A stretch of 64,000 bases of DNA from Coraliomargarita sp. (GCA_965216325.1 OZ244160.1:1504001-1568000), one strand, 5' to 3'. Shown: positions 11,049-21,967, numbered from the stretch's first letter. The notes: a model not told the origin generated them from the letters alone. Numbers and translations are program-made.

Positions 11049-11291
11049 ATGAAAGCCTCTTTACTTGCTTTGCGTCGCAGCCCTGCAGAGGTCTTGGCGG
11101 CGATTGAAAAACGCCAAGAAGTCACCCTGACCAAGCGAGGCAAAGCAATCGCTCGCATCGTTCCACTTAGCAGCCATGCAGCCAAGTCTGTTCATTCACA
11201 AACCGCATTTGGTATGTGGAGCGACGCCTCGGCACAATCCGTCGATCAACAGGTCCGCAAACTACGCGAGGGGCGATTTCATGATCTTTGA
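11049..11291 (+). CDS. Phd/YefM family antitoxin
   Basis: EVTLTKRGKAIARIVP motif; overlaps the PIN gene. Confidence 0.85.
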   Translation: MKASLLALRRSPAEVLAAIEKRQEVTLTKRGKAIARIVPLSSHAAKSVHSQTAFGMWSDASAQSVDQQVRKLREGRFHDL

Positions 11292-11664
11292 CACCGATGT
11301 CCTCATCTGGTGCTTTCGCGGCAATGAAGCCGCAGCCCGCGTGATCGATGCCTGCCAAGACCGAAAGATCACAGCCGTCACTTTGATGGAACTGCATCAG
11401 GGCGCACGCAATAAGTCCGAGCAAAAAACGATCAATAAATTCGTTCGTGAAATGGAGTTCCACATCTTGCCAATCGACGAAAACATATCGCATCGCGCCT
11501 GTATCTACGTCGAAGAATTTTGCCTCAAAGCATCGATGCACATGGCCGACGCGCTCATCGCTGCGACTGCGGTCGAGCAGGCCGAAACACTCTGCACCGC
11601 CAATCACAAACATTACAAAGTCGTTTCCGAACTGGACACGAAAGTCTTCAAGCCGACGCACTGA
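11281..11664 (+). CDS. vapC: PIN-domain VapC toxin
   Basis: MIFDTDVLI, TLMEL, ADALIAATA, LCTANHKHY. Confidence 0.9.
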   Translation: MIFDTDVLIWCFRGNEAAARVIDACQDRKITAVTLMELHQGARNKSEQKTINKFVREMEFHILPIDENISHRACIYVEEFCLKASMHMADALIAATAVEQAETLCTANHKHYKVVSELDTKVFKPTH

Positions 11665-11941
11665 GGTATTCAGTCCCCCACCGAAGGTGCCCCCCCTAAG
11701 ACCACCCTATCCTGAGCTTGTCGAAGCGAACAACTAACAACGAACACCTAAACACTAACAACTCCCCGCCGGAGACTTCCAGCCCCGCTGGCCTCTTAAA
11801 TTTTAAATCTGCAATCTTAAATCGCACGCACCGCGTGCTCCTCCCCCCTAACAACTAACAACTCCCCATAAATCCTAAATCTTAAATCCCACGCAACGCG
11901 TGCACCCACTCCTTCGACAAGGGCCCCACAGAATCGCAACT

Positions 11942-12319
11942 TCAAACGCTCTTCAGGCAGTTCAGCAAGGCACGAAAGGCCTCTGCATGTGCCGGGAGAT
12001 GTGCATAAATCTGCTCGGCCAAACCTTCATGATACGTATGAGAGGTCAAATTGCGATCCTTCACCGTGCGACTAAGGGCTAAACAGAGATCCTCATCAAT
12101 TAAGGATACTTGGAACGCAGCCTGATAGCATCCCTTCGGATAGCGCACCTCTAAATCATACGCCTGCTTGAGCGATTCCTGCAGTGCTTTCCAGCAAATC
12201 TCCGAGGTAAACTCAAAGCGCTGAATGGACGCATCACGCGTCTTCTCATCCTGAACCGGATCGCTCAGAATCGCCTCAAAACGAGCTAAGGCCTTTTCCG
12301 CTGACGCTAACTTTCCCAT
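11942..12319 (-). CDS. HEPN protein, HI0074 (nucleotidyltransferase substrate-binding) family
   Basis: RDASIQRFEFTSE and DRNLTSHTY motifs. Confidence 0.88.
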   Translation of the reverse strand: MGKLASAEKALARFEAILSDPVQDEKTRDASIQRFEFTSEICWKALQESLKQAYDLEVRYPKGCYQAAFQVSLIDEDLCLALSRTVKDRNLTSHTYHEGLAEQIYAHLPAHAEAFRALLNCLKSV

Positions 12320-12609
12320 AAAATCCCATCACGCTCCACCGCAGCCTGCAAGGCAGACGATGCTGTGTTCAAATCAACAATATCCACCGGATAAATAATC
12401 TCCGTGTCAGCAGCCACCGCATCTTCAAAATCCTCCAGTGCAGTCTCCGAAGACTCAGCGCTTAATCGCACTGCTAAATCAAAATCACTACGACGGCGAG
12501 CCGCATTGACCGCACGAGAGCCAAACAACCAAACCTGAGCGCGTGGCAACTGCTGCCGGACATGCCACCGCAAACGGTCTTCGGCTAGCTTTGCTGCAGG
12601 ATGTATCAT
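12307..12609 (-). CDS. Minimal nucleotidyltransferase (MNT)
   Basis: VWLFGSRA...SDFDLAV and VDIVDL; start taken at MIHPAA. Confidence 0.85.
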   Translation of the reverse strand: MIHPAAKLAEDRLRWHVRQQLPRAQVWLFGSRAVNAARRRSDFDLAVRLSAESSETALEDFEDAVAADTEIIYPVDIVDLNTASSALQAAVERDGILWES

Positions 12610-12849
12610 GCCAATATACAAGCCGCCCACGAACCCAGGCGCAAGACACAAAAAAGCGCGGCCCTTGTGCCACGCGCTTTTTGATTTCAAATTTCAGCAT
12701 TGGTCCGGTTCGCAAGGCGACCGGTCTTGTGTTCTTTCCTTGCCCAGAGGGCATCCACGTCGTCACCCTTCGCAAGCTCAGGGCAAACCTTCGGTTTACC
12801 ATCTACGTGCTCATCGCACTCCGTCACTGCGCTCGGAACAGCTTTATAG

Positions 12850-12958
12850 TATTTCAGCTTCTCCGCATTTCACTCTTTCCGCATCTCAGTGTTCAGTCTT
12901 TCAGCATTTCCGCATCTCAGTGTTCAGTCTTTCAGCATTTCCGCGTCTCAGCTTTTCA
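12850..12958. repeat. Degenerate octamer tandem repeat (TCAGCATT/TCCGCATC)
   Basis: More than ten imperfect 7-8 bp units directly after the GT4 stop. Confidence 0.8.
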
Positions 12959-14335
12959 GAAACTTCCCCCTTCAATCGCACGCAACGCGTGCTCCCACTC
13001 CTTCGCCAAAGCATCCTGCCCCAAATGCGCATGCGCATACTGAAAGGCGTTCTCACGCTTTTCTAAAAGCCTTTCGGCATCCGAACAAAGTTCGCTCACC
13101 ACTCGCGCTAGGCCGTCCACGTCCCCCGGCTCAACCCACCAGCCACAATCCGCAGCTTTCAGAGTATCCACCAAATCCGAATCCTCCGGCGCAATTGCCA
13201 GAATCGCCTGCCCGGCCATCATCGCCGAATAAGTCTTGCTCGGCATCACCACCGTCTCGGAGCCAGGCACCATAGTGACCAAGGCCACATCGGCCTTCTC
13301 CATCGTGCGGATCCAATCCGCCTGATCCAACCCCTCTCCAACCTGTATCCATTCTTTCAGTACACCCGGCAGCTCCGCATGCACCGCCTCAAGCTCAGCC
13401 CGTTTCGGGCCAGAGCAATGAAAAACGTAGCGCGCAGCTTCAGCAAGCGACTCAGACGAACAGGCCTCATCGCTGGATTCATACTCTTGAAACGCTCGCT
13501 GAAGCGTCGCGCTAAGAACCCCGCCCCCCCTAGCCATCTGATTCCAATAGCGGAACAAGGTCTCAGACTCATGCATATTACCGAAATTCCCACAGTAAAG
13601 AATCGTAGGGGCGCGACTTGACGCGCCCGTCCCACCCAGAGTAGCTACGCCGCTGCCAGCAGCACTTTCATACTTTCCCACCTTCACACCTTCACACCCC
13701 AATCGCTCCACCGGGCTCCGCCCGAAAAGCGCCTGGTCCGCCCCCACCGAAATGATCGCCGCATTCGGAACCGCGCCGTGAATCGACTCCACATAGTCCT
13801 GCAAGCGTTGCCCCAGAAACACATTCAGCTTCGCTCGACGCAAGGTCTGCTTCGTGATCCAGCGCACCAGCTTCACTTTGAACGTGCCCTCCTTCCACTT
13901 CCCCGAATGAATCATCGCCTCCGGGAACAAATCATAGACCAAGTGCACCACATTCGGATGCAAGTAAGTCGCAATCAACGGCGCATAGAAGGTGTTGGTG
14001 GACACGACGCACAGGTCGTGTTCAGGAGCCAGAAGACAGGAGTCAGAAGCCAGATTCTTTGAATTCCCAACCGCTTTCCCACCTTCGCAGCCAGCCGCTT
14101 TTCCCCTTTCACCCTTCACTCTTCGCATAACCAGCGCAGCACATAGCTGCGCTGGATATGCGAGGTATTGCCTAAACCTCAACCACAACCGCGCCGGAGT
14201 CGACTTGGCCGCACGATAACTCGCCTCAGAGATTTGAAAACGCTGCCGCGCATCGAAACCGGACTCAGAAAGCTCACGCATAAGACCCGCAAGAAAGCCG
14301 CTATACTCGGTCGAACTCCAAAAATTGACCTTCAT
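12956..14335 (-). CDS. Glycosyltransferase family 4 (WcaI-like) with three repeat-derived in-frame inserts
   Basis: VYDLFPE, LYCGNFG, VMPSKTYSAMMAG; start taken at MKVNFW. Confidence 0.85.
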   Translation of the reverse strand: MKVNFWSSTEYSGFLAGLMRELSESGFDARQRFQISEASYRAAKSTPARLWLRFRQYLAYPAQLCAALVMRRVKGERGKAAGCEGGKAVGNSKNLASDSCLLAPEHDLCVVSTNTFYAPLIATYLHPNVVHLVYDLFPEAMIHSGKWKEGTFKVKLVRWITKQTLRRAKLNVFLGQRLQDYVESIHGAVPNAAIISVGADQALFGRSPVERLGCEGVKVGKYESAAGSGVATLGGTGASSRAPTILYCGNFGNMHESETLFRYWNQMARGGGVLSATLQRAFQEYESSDEACSSESLAEAARYVFHCSGPKRAELEAVHAELPGVLKEWIQVGEGLDQADWIRTMEKADVALVTMVPGSETVVMPSKTYSAMMAGQAILAIAPEDSDLVDTLKAADCGWWVEPGDVDGLARVVSELCSDAERLLEKRENAFQYAHAHLGQDALAKEWEHALRAIEGGSF

Positions 14336-14444
14336 CTTAGCACCACTCTTCACACTTCACCTCTCCCCTTCGAGCGAAGCTCAAGCGCTCCCAGATAAAA
14401 AACACTCCGTCGACGACCACAATCTAACCTTAATATCATATAGC

Positions 14445-14567
14445 TTAGCGCCGACGGCGACTGCAGCGCCGCAGAATACTAAGCGCTATAAACACTCCTC
14501 CAATACAGAGTGCCACGAAAGGAGGCTTCGATAGAAACGACAAATCAGCTAAAACAAATTCACACAT
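14445..14567 (-). CDS. Putative 40-aa membrane peptide (below ORF-track cutoff)
   Basis: MCEFVLADLSFLSKPPFVALCIGGVFIALSILRRCSRRRR*: one hydrophobic helix plus Arg tail, co-oriented with the operon. Confidence 0.4.
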   Translation of the reverse strand: MCEFVLADLSFLSKPPFVALCIGGVFIALSILRRCSRRRR

Positions 14568-14590
14568 AGCTCCTGCATAAATAACGTTTA

Positions 14591-15457
14591 TTAGTTATGG
14601 ACACTGTTCGCATCATCAATCGGCTGCTCTAAAATTTTTAACCGAATCTGATAAAAATAAACCGCTTTAAGCATAGCGAAGTGAAAGCCAGTTGCTCCAT
14701 CGCGAAAGCCCTGTTTCAAAAAATACGTAACAATAAAATAAGCTGGAGCGAACCACCACTTGGCCAAATGCGAATACTTTTTCTTCTGACGATCAGTGAG
14801 GTTCGCATACTCCTCACCTTCCCACCTTCCCACCTTGCCACTCTTCATACTCACGAGACGTAAGTATCGTGCTGCCTCCCAGGAAGAATACGCATTATGC
14901 TTCGCAATATAATGCTCCAAACCTCTAAAGTCATTATGCTCTATAGCCGCTTTAATCTCACCAACCGGACCATTCAAGACCGGATGCTCATGCACTTCCA
15001 TATCCAAGTGACTCCAATTGTCCTCTTCAATGCGTTCATACTCACCAGCACCCAGACGAAAGAGTGCGAGCTTCTTGAATGGGTCTCCTCCACGTAATGT
15101 TTTGCCCAAGAAATGATTCTCAAAGTTCAGCCAGAACCCGACAAGCTCGGTGTTACTGATCGCACTCTGCACTTCTTGAATAAACTCATGTGAAACAAAT
15201 TCATCCGCATCCAAAAACAGCACCCACTCAGTCTTGAATTCATAGTTGCGTAGTGTCCAATTGCGTTTCTTAGGGAACTGACCATTCCACTCAAACTCTA
15301 ACACTTCGGCTCCACATTGCTCCGCTATATCTGGAGTTCCATCAGTGCTTCTCGAATCAATCACCAGCACAGGCCCTAAAGAGCTAACCGCATCAATACA
15401 ACGCCTCAGATTCTTCGCCTCGTTCTTAACCGGTATGACTATAGTAACTCCACTCAT
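14591..15457 (-). CDS. Glycosyltransferase family 2, close paralog of 8675..9577
   Basis: VTIVIPVKNE, LFLDADE; shares long near-identical peptide stretches such as FRxGAGEYERIEE and EHNxxRGLxHYIAKHN. Confidence 0.9.
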   Translation of the reverse strand: MSGVTIVIPVKNEAKNLRRCIDAVSSLGPVLVIDSRSTDGTPDIAEQCGAEVLEFEWNGQFPKKRNWTLRNYEFKTEWVLFLDADEFVSHEFIQEVQSAISNTELVGFWLNFENHFLGKTLRGGDPFKKLALFRLGAGEYERIEEDNWSHLDMEVHEHPVLNGPVGEIKAAIEHNDFRGLEHYIAKHNAYSSWEAARYLRLVSMKSGKVGRWEGEEYANLTDRQKKKYSHLAKWWFAPAYFIVTYFLKQGFRDGATGFHFAMLKAVYFYQIRLKILEQPIDDANSVHN

Positions 15458-15506
15458 AAAAGAAGGCTCTCAGATGAGATTTTACAACACAACAAGCATA
15501 TCGATT

Positions 15507-16352
15507 CTATCTTACTTCGTAGCCAAAGAACTTCAACTGTCCCCGAGCAATCTGCTCAAAACATCGACCTTCATCAGCCTCAAGCTCGAGCTTCCATCGC
15601 CCTACAGTCCGTGAAGAGATTGGCTCTTTTAAACGTGAAAAGTTCTCGTTATTAGAGCGCCAGTCTGACGATAACACGCGTGGATCTAGCTGTTGCTCCT
15701 CTTTCTTACTACCAAGAAACTCCATAAGTTCACCTAACTTTAGATGAGGCTCATCTGCCAAGTCCTCGTATCGAAGATCAAAAATTCTTGGATCTTCACC
15801 ACATCGAATTCTGGCGTCGATACAGCCTTTCCAGTATCTGGCAAAACAATGAACACTTTTACGCTGCGGAACATTTACATGCGACTTACTCGAACAATAG
15901 CAGTCTCGACCGTCTCTCACCATATTTATAACTTTGGCATTAGGAAAAATGTTTAAAAGACGATCCAACTTCATGACATGTTGCGGAGTTTTTTCGACGA
16001 ACCTCCCCGTATCGAGCCCCTGATCCTTACGAATCAACTCAGCCGCCTGCGAAAAGTAAGCACCTGGACCAGTAGAATTGTCTACAAGCTTTTGCCAATC
16101 TCCATCCTTTAAATTAAAATGATTAAAATTACAAAAATTAGACAAACCAAAAAATCCAGTCTCACGGTCAATTGAGTAGTAAGCGCTATGGCAAGACAAT
16201 ATACGATGCATCAACGTGGTTCCTGATCTTGGTGCGCCAACAACAAAAAAAACTTCTAAATCCGTTGAATCGGGGCTCAACCTCCATATAATATTCTTAA
16301 AAACATTCGTTCGGTTAGAGTAGGATTTCACTATATTATACAATGCTCTCAT
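15507..16352 (-). CDS. Sulfotransferase
   Basis: 5'-PSB motif GAPRSGTT, EKTP, RDGRD..S, RYEDL. Confidence 0.88.
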   Translation of the reverse strand: MRALYNIVKSYSNRTNVFKNIIWRLSPDSTDLEVFFVVGAPRSGTTLMHRILSCHSAYYSIDRETGFFGLSNFCNFNHFNLKDGDWQKLVDNSTGPGAYFSQAAELIRKDQGLDTGRFVEKTPQHVMKLDRLLNIFPNAKVINMVRDGRDCYCSSKSHVNVPQRKSVHCFARYWKGCIDARIRCGEDPRIFDLRYEDLADEPHLKLGELMEFLGSKKEEQQLDPRVLSSDWRSNNENFSRLKEPISSRTVGRWKLELEADEGRCFEQIARGQLKFFGYEVR

Positions 16353-16885
16353 AAGTCACTCAACGATTCATCTCTATATTTTATAAACTTCGCTGGATTC
16401 CCACCAACAATTTGCGCCCTCTTAACATCCTTCACCACAACTGAAGCAGCCGCAACAATGGATCGATCCTCAATAGTAGTATTGGGCCCTACAAATACAT
16501 CTGCACAGATCCAAACGCGATTGCCAATTATTATTGGCAATTTAAGGAGAGGCATCGCCGGATCCCTGTAATCATGTGAACCTGCACACAAATGCACGCG
16601 CTGAGACACAGTAGTTTTCTCCCCAATCACTATTTTCCCCAGATTGTAAACAAGTGCCCACTCTCCAATCGCAGCGTGATCTCCAACTTCTAGATTCCAA
16701 GGATAATATATGTTTGTCGTCGGATAGATGTTCACCTTCTTGCCAACCTTGGCCCCATACAGCCTCAAGATACAGGATCGCAGCTCAAAACACGGACGAG
16801 GAGTCAGACGAAAAACCATTTTACCAACGCTCCAGAGTATGCGCAGCAATACTTCCTTGAGTGAATAATTCTGCAAAACCCTCAT
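16349..16885 (-). CDS. wcaF: WcaF-like hexapeptide-repeat acetyltransferase
   Basis: YYPWNLEVGD, LCAGSHDY, GNPAK. Confidence 0.8.
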   Translation of the reverse strand: MRVLQNYSLKEVLLRILWSVGKMVFRLTPRPCFELRSCILRLYGAKVGKKVNIYPTTNIYYPWNLEVGDHAAIGEWALVYNLGKIVIGEKTTVSQRVHLCAGSHDYRDPAMPLLKLPIIIGNRVWICADVFVGPNTTIEDRSIVAAASVVVKDVKRAQIVGGNPAKFIKYRDESLSDL

Positions 16886-18060
16886 CAGACAACAAAATCT
16901 GGTTTTGGACCTCCATGGAGAATCCAACTGTAGAATATGGACATCTGAGATGCGATCGCTGGCCACTGATATTTCTGCTCTACCAAGGCGCGACCTCTCG
17001 CACCCATAGCTGAGAGGTCTTCGTTCTTTGCTCCTATTGCTTGGTTGAGGCCAGCTTCAATCCCCTCTGGCGTGGGTTCGACCCACCACCCGCAGCCATG
17101 CGTGCTTAGCTCCTGCCATGGACAACCCGTAGTCGTCAGCACGGGCACGCCATAGCCAAGCGCTTCAGCCACCACGATCCCGAAGTTCTCTGAATAGGAT
17201 GGCAACACAAAGAGATCCGCAGCCCGATAAGCAGCTTCCTTAGTCGCACCATACAAAGGCCCAATAATTTCCACCTGATCCTGCAAACCGAGCTCTCGTA
17301 TTTTCTGCTCCACTACAGGCAGATGATTAGAATCATCATTTCCCGCAATAACCAGTCGCCAGCCCTCCGGCGCAATTCGTCCCCAAGCATCCAGCAGCAT
17401 CGGCAGGCCTTTCTTCGGATTAAGACGAGAGAGAAAAAACGCGGTCTTCTCACGACCTTCACACCTTTGAACCTTTGAACCTTCACACACAACTGACTCC
17501 GGTAGTTGCACACCATTAGGGATCACAGCGATCGGCTGCTTAAAGCCCAAGCGACGTATACTTTCAGCTTCTGACATTGCAGTCGCATGAAAGGCGGTCG
17601 CTCGCGCAAGATCACGTTTTTGATAGAGCGCCCAAGCAAGCTTCTTTTTCCACTTACCATGATTAAGTGCCCATGGCTCGAGCATTCCACGGGGAGCGAC
17701 GATAAGCGGGACACCGGCTCGCGTCGTCGCGACGGCGGTGTCGTGAGATGCTCTTAGCCATATCGCATGTTGATGAATCAAACATTCAGAACAGGTAGAC
17801 ACTAAGTGGCTAACTGTTGCATCAAAATCAGGAACTAATTTACAACACGAGGCCAACGCACGTGTTTTTTTGCAATCCACAAGGTCTATTTTTGAACTCA
17901 GAGGCACCAAAGGGTCATTGCAGTCTACCGCAGTAACAATCGATACATGATGATCTGTCTCAGCCAAAGCCGCACATAATTGACTCACCGAACGAGGCGG
18001 TCCCCCGCCACTCTCACCGAGAGAAGGAACTGAATGAATTACCTCAGAAATACCACTCAC
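16885..18060 (-). CDS. Glycosyltransferase family 4
   Basis: GGP, PRGMLEPWAL, FVLPSYSENFGIVVAEAL. Confidence 0.9.
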   Translation of the reverse strand: MSGISEVIHSVPSLGESGGGPPRSVSQLCAALAETDHHVSIVTAVDCNDPLVPLSSKIDLVDCKKTRALASCCKLVPDFDATVSHLVSTCSECLIHQHAIWLRASHDTAVATTRAGVPLIVAPRGMLEPWALNHGKWKKKLAWALYQKRDLARATAFHATAMSEAESIRRLGFKQPIAVIPNGVQLPESVVCEGSKVQRCEGREKTAFFLSRLNPKKGLPMLLDAWGRIAPEGWRLVIAGNDDSNHLPVVEQKIRELGLQDQVEIIGPLYGATKEAAYRAADLFVLPSYSENFGIVVAEALGYGVPVLTTTGCPWQELSTHGCGWWVEPTPEGIEAGLNQAIGAKNEDLSAMGARGRALVEQKYQWPAIASQMSIFYSWILHGGPKPDFVV

Positions 18061-19298
18061 AGTCTCCCTCCAGTATGATCAATGATCCATCTACGTTTAC
18101 CCGCAGATGAAATTTCGACGTCATCTGCATATCGAATGTTCAACTGGTTGAAATTCGTATTTAAAGAACAAAGCTTAGACTGAATTTCTTGCTCTAGTGT
18201 CTCCTGCTTCGCATTGGGGTGAGTAACCAGAACTAATTCCATACGGTCATCCCACTTGTGGAATTGGAAATTCAAGACTGAATCCAAACCTTTTACTGCA
18301 TGAGTTAGGGTCTCACTATGGACAGCCGTCCCATCCATAAAAGTGATAATATCATTACTGCGTCCATAAACCTCATCAAAACGAGTAATGACGCCTCCCT
18401 GAAAATCCGGGTCACTAATTCGAACCTCATCCCCAATATCGTAGCGTATAAGAGGGACCACGCGATCATACAAAGATGTGACTAACAATCTGTAGATGCT
18501 TGGGCGATCCGTCGGAATTGCCTCCACTAACAAATCATCCATAACATACATGCCCGTCTCTTGAGGATGCGTATACGCAATCGGTCCAAATTCCACCGAT
18601 CCATACTCCAAAGCAATGGGAGCGCCAAAAAAGGCCTCCAACTCTGCCGCCTCTTCATCGTTCAATCTCTCCGCAGAACACAGAACCATTTTCAAGCCAG
18701 TGCGTTGGGCTTGCTTCTGATTCTCAGAATTTGCACGAGCAAACGCAACAACTGCCGATGAATAACCACACAGCCATTTAGGTTTAAATCGAACAAAATC
18801 AGCAAATTTAGACTGCAACACACTGACTCCCAAGTCATACGCACTCAGGCGATAATAACCAACTAGCCAATCCTTCAACAAGCGCTTCCACCTCTCTAAT
18901 AGTGGGCGAAGCCCCTTTCCAATCGCATTCGAGTGACCCCAGATCAAAAAGCAACGGTCTCGATAATGGACCCCATATTTAAGTCGACCTTCAGCTTGCT
19001 TTGCTCGCGTTCGCGCAGCCCCTTCTGCCCCCACCGGAAGACGTAATGGAGTCCCAGTCGAACCTCCGGTTGAAACAACACTAACCGCCGTCATGTCTGA
19101 TCGCATCAACGAATCAATCGATCCAATAACGTCTACTTTCCGCAGTTCTGGGAGCTCACAAAAGTCTATATATGAAAGAAACTCACGCCGTTCTTGAAGC
19201 GGGCCCCAAAACGTCGTATTCCTCCGAACGTTTTTCCATACTGCGTTAAACTGCTCTAGCTGTCGCATGCCAATTAGATACTTCCCAACTTCACTCAA
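18057..19298 (-). CDS. Phenylacetate-CoA ligase-like (CapK-like) adenylate-forming protein
   Basis: STGGSTGTP, EYGSVE, PLIRYDIGD, GRSND; start uncertain (TTG 19298 or ATG 19268). Confidence 0.82.
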   Translation of the reverse strand: MSEVGKYLIGMRQLEQFNAVWKNVRRNTTFWGPLQERREFLSYIDFCELPELRKVDVIGSIDSLMRSDMTAVSVVSTGGSTGTPLRLPVGAEGAARTRAKQAEGRLKYGVHYRDRCFLIWGHSNAIGKGLRPLLERWKRLLKDWLVGYYRLSAYDLGVSVLQSKFADFVRFKPKWLCGYSSAVVAFARANSENQKQAQRTGLKMVLCSAERLNDEEAAELEAFFGAPIALEYGSVEFGPIAYTHPQETGMYVMDDLLVEAIPTDRPSIYRLLVTSLYDRVVPLIRYDIGDEVRISDPDFQGGVITRFDEVYGRSNDIITFMDGTAVHSETLTHAVKGLDSVLNFQFHKWDDRMELVLVTHPNAKQETLEQEIQSKLCSLNTNFNQLNIRYADDVEISSAGKRRWIIDHTGGRL

Positions 19299-20112
19299 TG
19301 ACTGTCCCTCTGAACCTGAGAGTATCCCAAAAAGAGCGGAGATAAGAGAGATTAACCAGCCTGAAGCCACGGACCATCCAACGGCCCAACTTCGCCGCCC
19401 TCGGGTTAACTTTAGGGTAATATGACTGGGACATTTGTTTAACTTCTTGAGTCATTCTAGCTGGATACTCACCAGTCAACAGCACATTTGCAGTTTTTGC
19501 ATCCGAATGCAGGCGCAAGCCCCAGAAGTAAACAGGCATCCTTTCATAACGGTAACCTGCAGAAACAATTCGCCACCAATATTCAGTGTCCATGCAATAA
19601 TGAAAATCTTCTGCAAAATCTCCAACCTTCTGATACAAGGACTTCGAAAAAAAAGTGCTAGGACCAAATACATTTAGAAGTCCTCTCTTCACGGCAAAGG
19701 ACTCAAAACCACCTGATCGACAACATTTAGTGACTTCACCGACACTGTTGAGATAAACCGAATTTGCGGTCACCCAATCGACTTCCGCCTCTGATAGATA
19801 AGACAATGCCTTCATCATCGAACCACGAACAAGCACATCATCAGAGTTCAGCCATGTCAGATATTGCCCCTTTGCAAGCCGAAAGCCCTTGTTAAAGGCA
19901 TCACTTTGCCCTCGGTCAGGCTCTGACAAGATTTTTCTGAAAAGATGCTTATGGCGTTCCACGACCTGCATCGTTTTATCTGAACTCGCACCATCTACCA
20001 AGATAAACTCTACTCCATCGCAGGCTTCGTGCTCAATGGACTTCAAGCAAGACTCAATATATTTTTCACTATTATAGGAAGCGATAACAACAGTTAGAAT
20101 TACACGACTCAT
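19291..20112 (-). CDS. Glycosyltransferase family 2
   Basis: [27 protein letters not shown]. Confidence 0.9.
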   Translation of the reverse strand: MSRVILTVVIASYNSEKYIESCLKSIEHEACDGVEFILVDGASSDKTMQVVERHKHLFRKILSEPDRGQSDAFNKGFRLAKGQYLTWLNSDDVLVRGSMMKALSYLSEAEVDWVTANSVYLNSVGEVTKCCRSGGFESFAVKRGLLNVFGPSTFFSKSLYQKVGDFAEDFHYCMDTEYWWRIVSAGYRYERMPVYFWGLRLHSDAKTANVLLTGEYPARMTQEVKQMSQSYYPKVNPRAAKLGRWMVRGFRLVNLSYLRSFWDTLRFRGTVIE

Positions 20113-20717
20113 TTGGCTGTCCTATACTTAATAATTTTTGCTGTATTGCCACCAACAATGGCCCACTCCGGAACATCCCGAGTCACGACACTTCCTGCAG
20201 CAATGATCGAGTGCGACCCAATCGTAACACCAGGCATAATCATAGCTCGCATTCCAATCCAAACATCATCTCCAATAGTAATTGGCCTACTCACCGAAGC
20301 TCCTTGAATCCGCATAGGACGATTCGTATCGGAATACTCATGATTATATGAAATCAGGACCACATCAGGACCAAGCATTAAGTCATTGCCGACATGAACA
20401 TCACCAATGACCTTGAGTCCTTGAGCCAAGCCACAATTGTCGCCAAGCGAAATACGTGCTCCCGATGCAATGTCGGCTTTTCTCGCGACTCGCAATCCGC
20501 CACCAACTTGCTTTAACATCTTACGCGCAAGAAAAACGCGGAGACCTTGGGCGAACGTCCCTCCAGGGAAACTCGTAGACGGGAGATGCGTGGCAAAGGC
20601 ATAATAAATAAAAACATACAACGATTTCAACAGCCCGAACTTCGACAAGCGCGCACGCAAACGTCGCTCAGGATCATTTAATTGTTGAAACTGCTTTTTA
20701 GAATCCCCTGAGCTCAT
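20109..20717 (-). CDS. Hexapeptide-repeat O-acetyltransferase
   Basis: [30 protein letters not shown]. Confidence 0.85.
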   Translation of the reverse strand: MSSGDSKKQFQQLNDPERRLRARLSKFGLLKSLYVFIYYAFATHLPSTSFPGGTFAQGLRVFLARKMLKQVGGGLRVARKADIASGARISLGDNCGLAQGLKVIGDVHVGNDLMLGPDVVLISYNHEYSDTNRPMRIQGASVSRPITIGDDVWIGMRAMIMPGVTIGSHSIIAAGSVVTRDVPEWAIVGGNTAKIIKYRTAK

Positions 20718-21961
20718 CGACCTAATACCTCTTCGTATACGGCTTTTAAACGATCTCCATAGCTCGACCAAGTGTAATTCTGCGCCAACAGCGCAGAACC
20801 AGCACGACCAAGCCTCTCTCGCAAATCTGATCGCTCGGATAATGCCTCTATTTGGTCAGCAAGGTCTTGAGGCGCATTGGGCTCGACGGCTTGATAATGA
20901 ACGCCCGCTTCACCAGGCAAACCACAAGCCTTAGTTGTAATTACCGGCAAGCCCGCGCCCAACGCCTCCATCGCAGACTGAGCACAACCCTCAGAAAGCG
21001 TCGGAAATACATATAAATCCGCCTGCTGTATCAAGCTCTTAAGTTCTTCACGAGGCAGAAAACCTACAAGGTTGATGTCTCCAGCTGTGAGCGCTTCTGG
21101 AAAATACTTCAACCCTTCACTGGCATCCCCCGCAACCGTCAAACGGAACTTCACACCACGCTCCCTCAACACACTCAAGGCCTCAAGTAAGCTACGCACT
21201 CCCTTTCTTAGCACCAGCCCCCCTGTATACAACAGCTCAACCGTAGTCCCATTGACAGCCTCCCAGGACTGTTTCGCTCCATAAAAATAATCCGGAATAC
21301 CCAAGTGCTCCACACAAATACGGTCCGCCGGATAGCCCTCATCGACAAAGGTTTGTTTAACAAAGTTAGAATTTACCAACAGCAAATCAGCAGCTTCACA
21401 GTCCTTCAGAACCAACTGCCAAAATGGATTTCGGTCGCTTAATGAATTAGCTGCCCCAACCCGTTCATACTCACTTCCGATTGCACGCTCCATATAGCTC
21501 GGATGTGCAATACTGTGATCGACGACGATCTTCATACCAGCTGCTCGGGCTGCTTGTATTGCTCCACCTTGGCCGGCACCACTCCTCACATGAAACACAT
21601 CTGCCTGCTTTAAATATGGGCGTGAGCAGAAACCAAAGAACTTCCAGCCTAAAACTTGCGCACTCTCACGCCGAAGCAGACCTGTCGTTGAGATTCGCAC
21701 CAGCACACCGGCAACCATTTCCGCAATCGGTAAGCTGTAAAAATCGCTGTTCTCCAACTGCCCCCCCATCAGCCGCCGCTCTAAACGAGTGTATAAATCC
21801 TTACGTCCGGCAAGTCGACCGACGCAATTCACCAGAAATTCGAAGCGCGCGGCAGGAATCCATCCACATAACATGCGGCGCCCGACCCCACGCTGTTTCA
21901 AGGCAAGATTCACCTCACAAAAGTGCAAGCGCCCAATTCCAACTGAAAGCAATACCTTCAT
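20714..21961 (-). CDS. Glycosyltransferase family 4
   Basis: RKG motif and YVFPTLSEG...[10 protein letters not shown]. Confidence 0.88.
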   Translation of the reverse strand: MKVLLSVGIGRLHFCEVNLALKQRGVGRRMLCGWIPAARFEFLVNCVGRLAGRKDLYTRLERRLMGGQLENSDFYSLPIAEMVAGVLVRISTTGLLRRESAQVLGWKFFGFCSRPYLKQADVFHVRSGAGQGGAIQAARAAGMKIVVDHSIAHPSYMERAIGSEYERVGAANSLSDRNPFWQLVLKDCEAADLLLVNSNFVKQTFVDEGYPADRICVEHLGIPDYFYGAKQSWEAVNGTTVELLYTGGLVLRKGVRSLLEALSVLRERGVKFRLTVAGDASEGLKYFPEALTAGDINLVGFLPREELKSLIQQADLYVFPTLSEGCAQSAMEALGAGLPVITTKACGLPGEAGVHYQAVEPNAPQDLADQIEALSERSDLRERLGRAGSALLAQNYTWSSYGDRLKAVYEEVLGR

Positions 21962-21967
21962 CTCCGT

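Noticed and set aside
12650..12683. Intrinsic terminator
   Set aside because: Plausible hairpin with T-tracts, but a similar sequence recurs near 10673, so it may be a repeat; not called.
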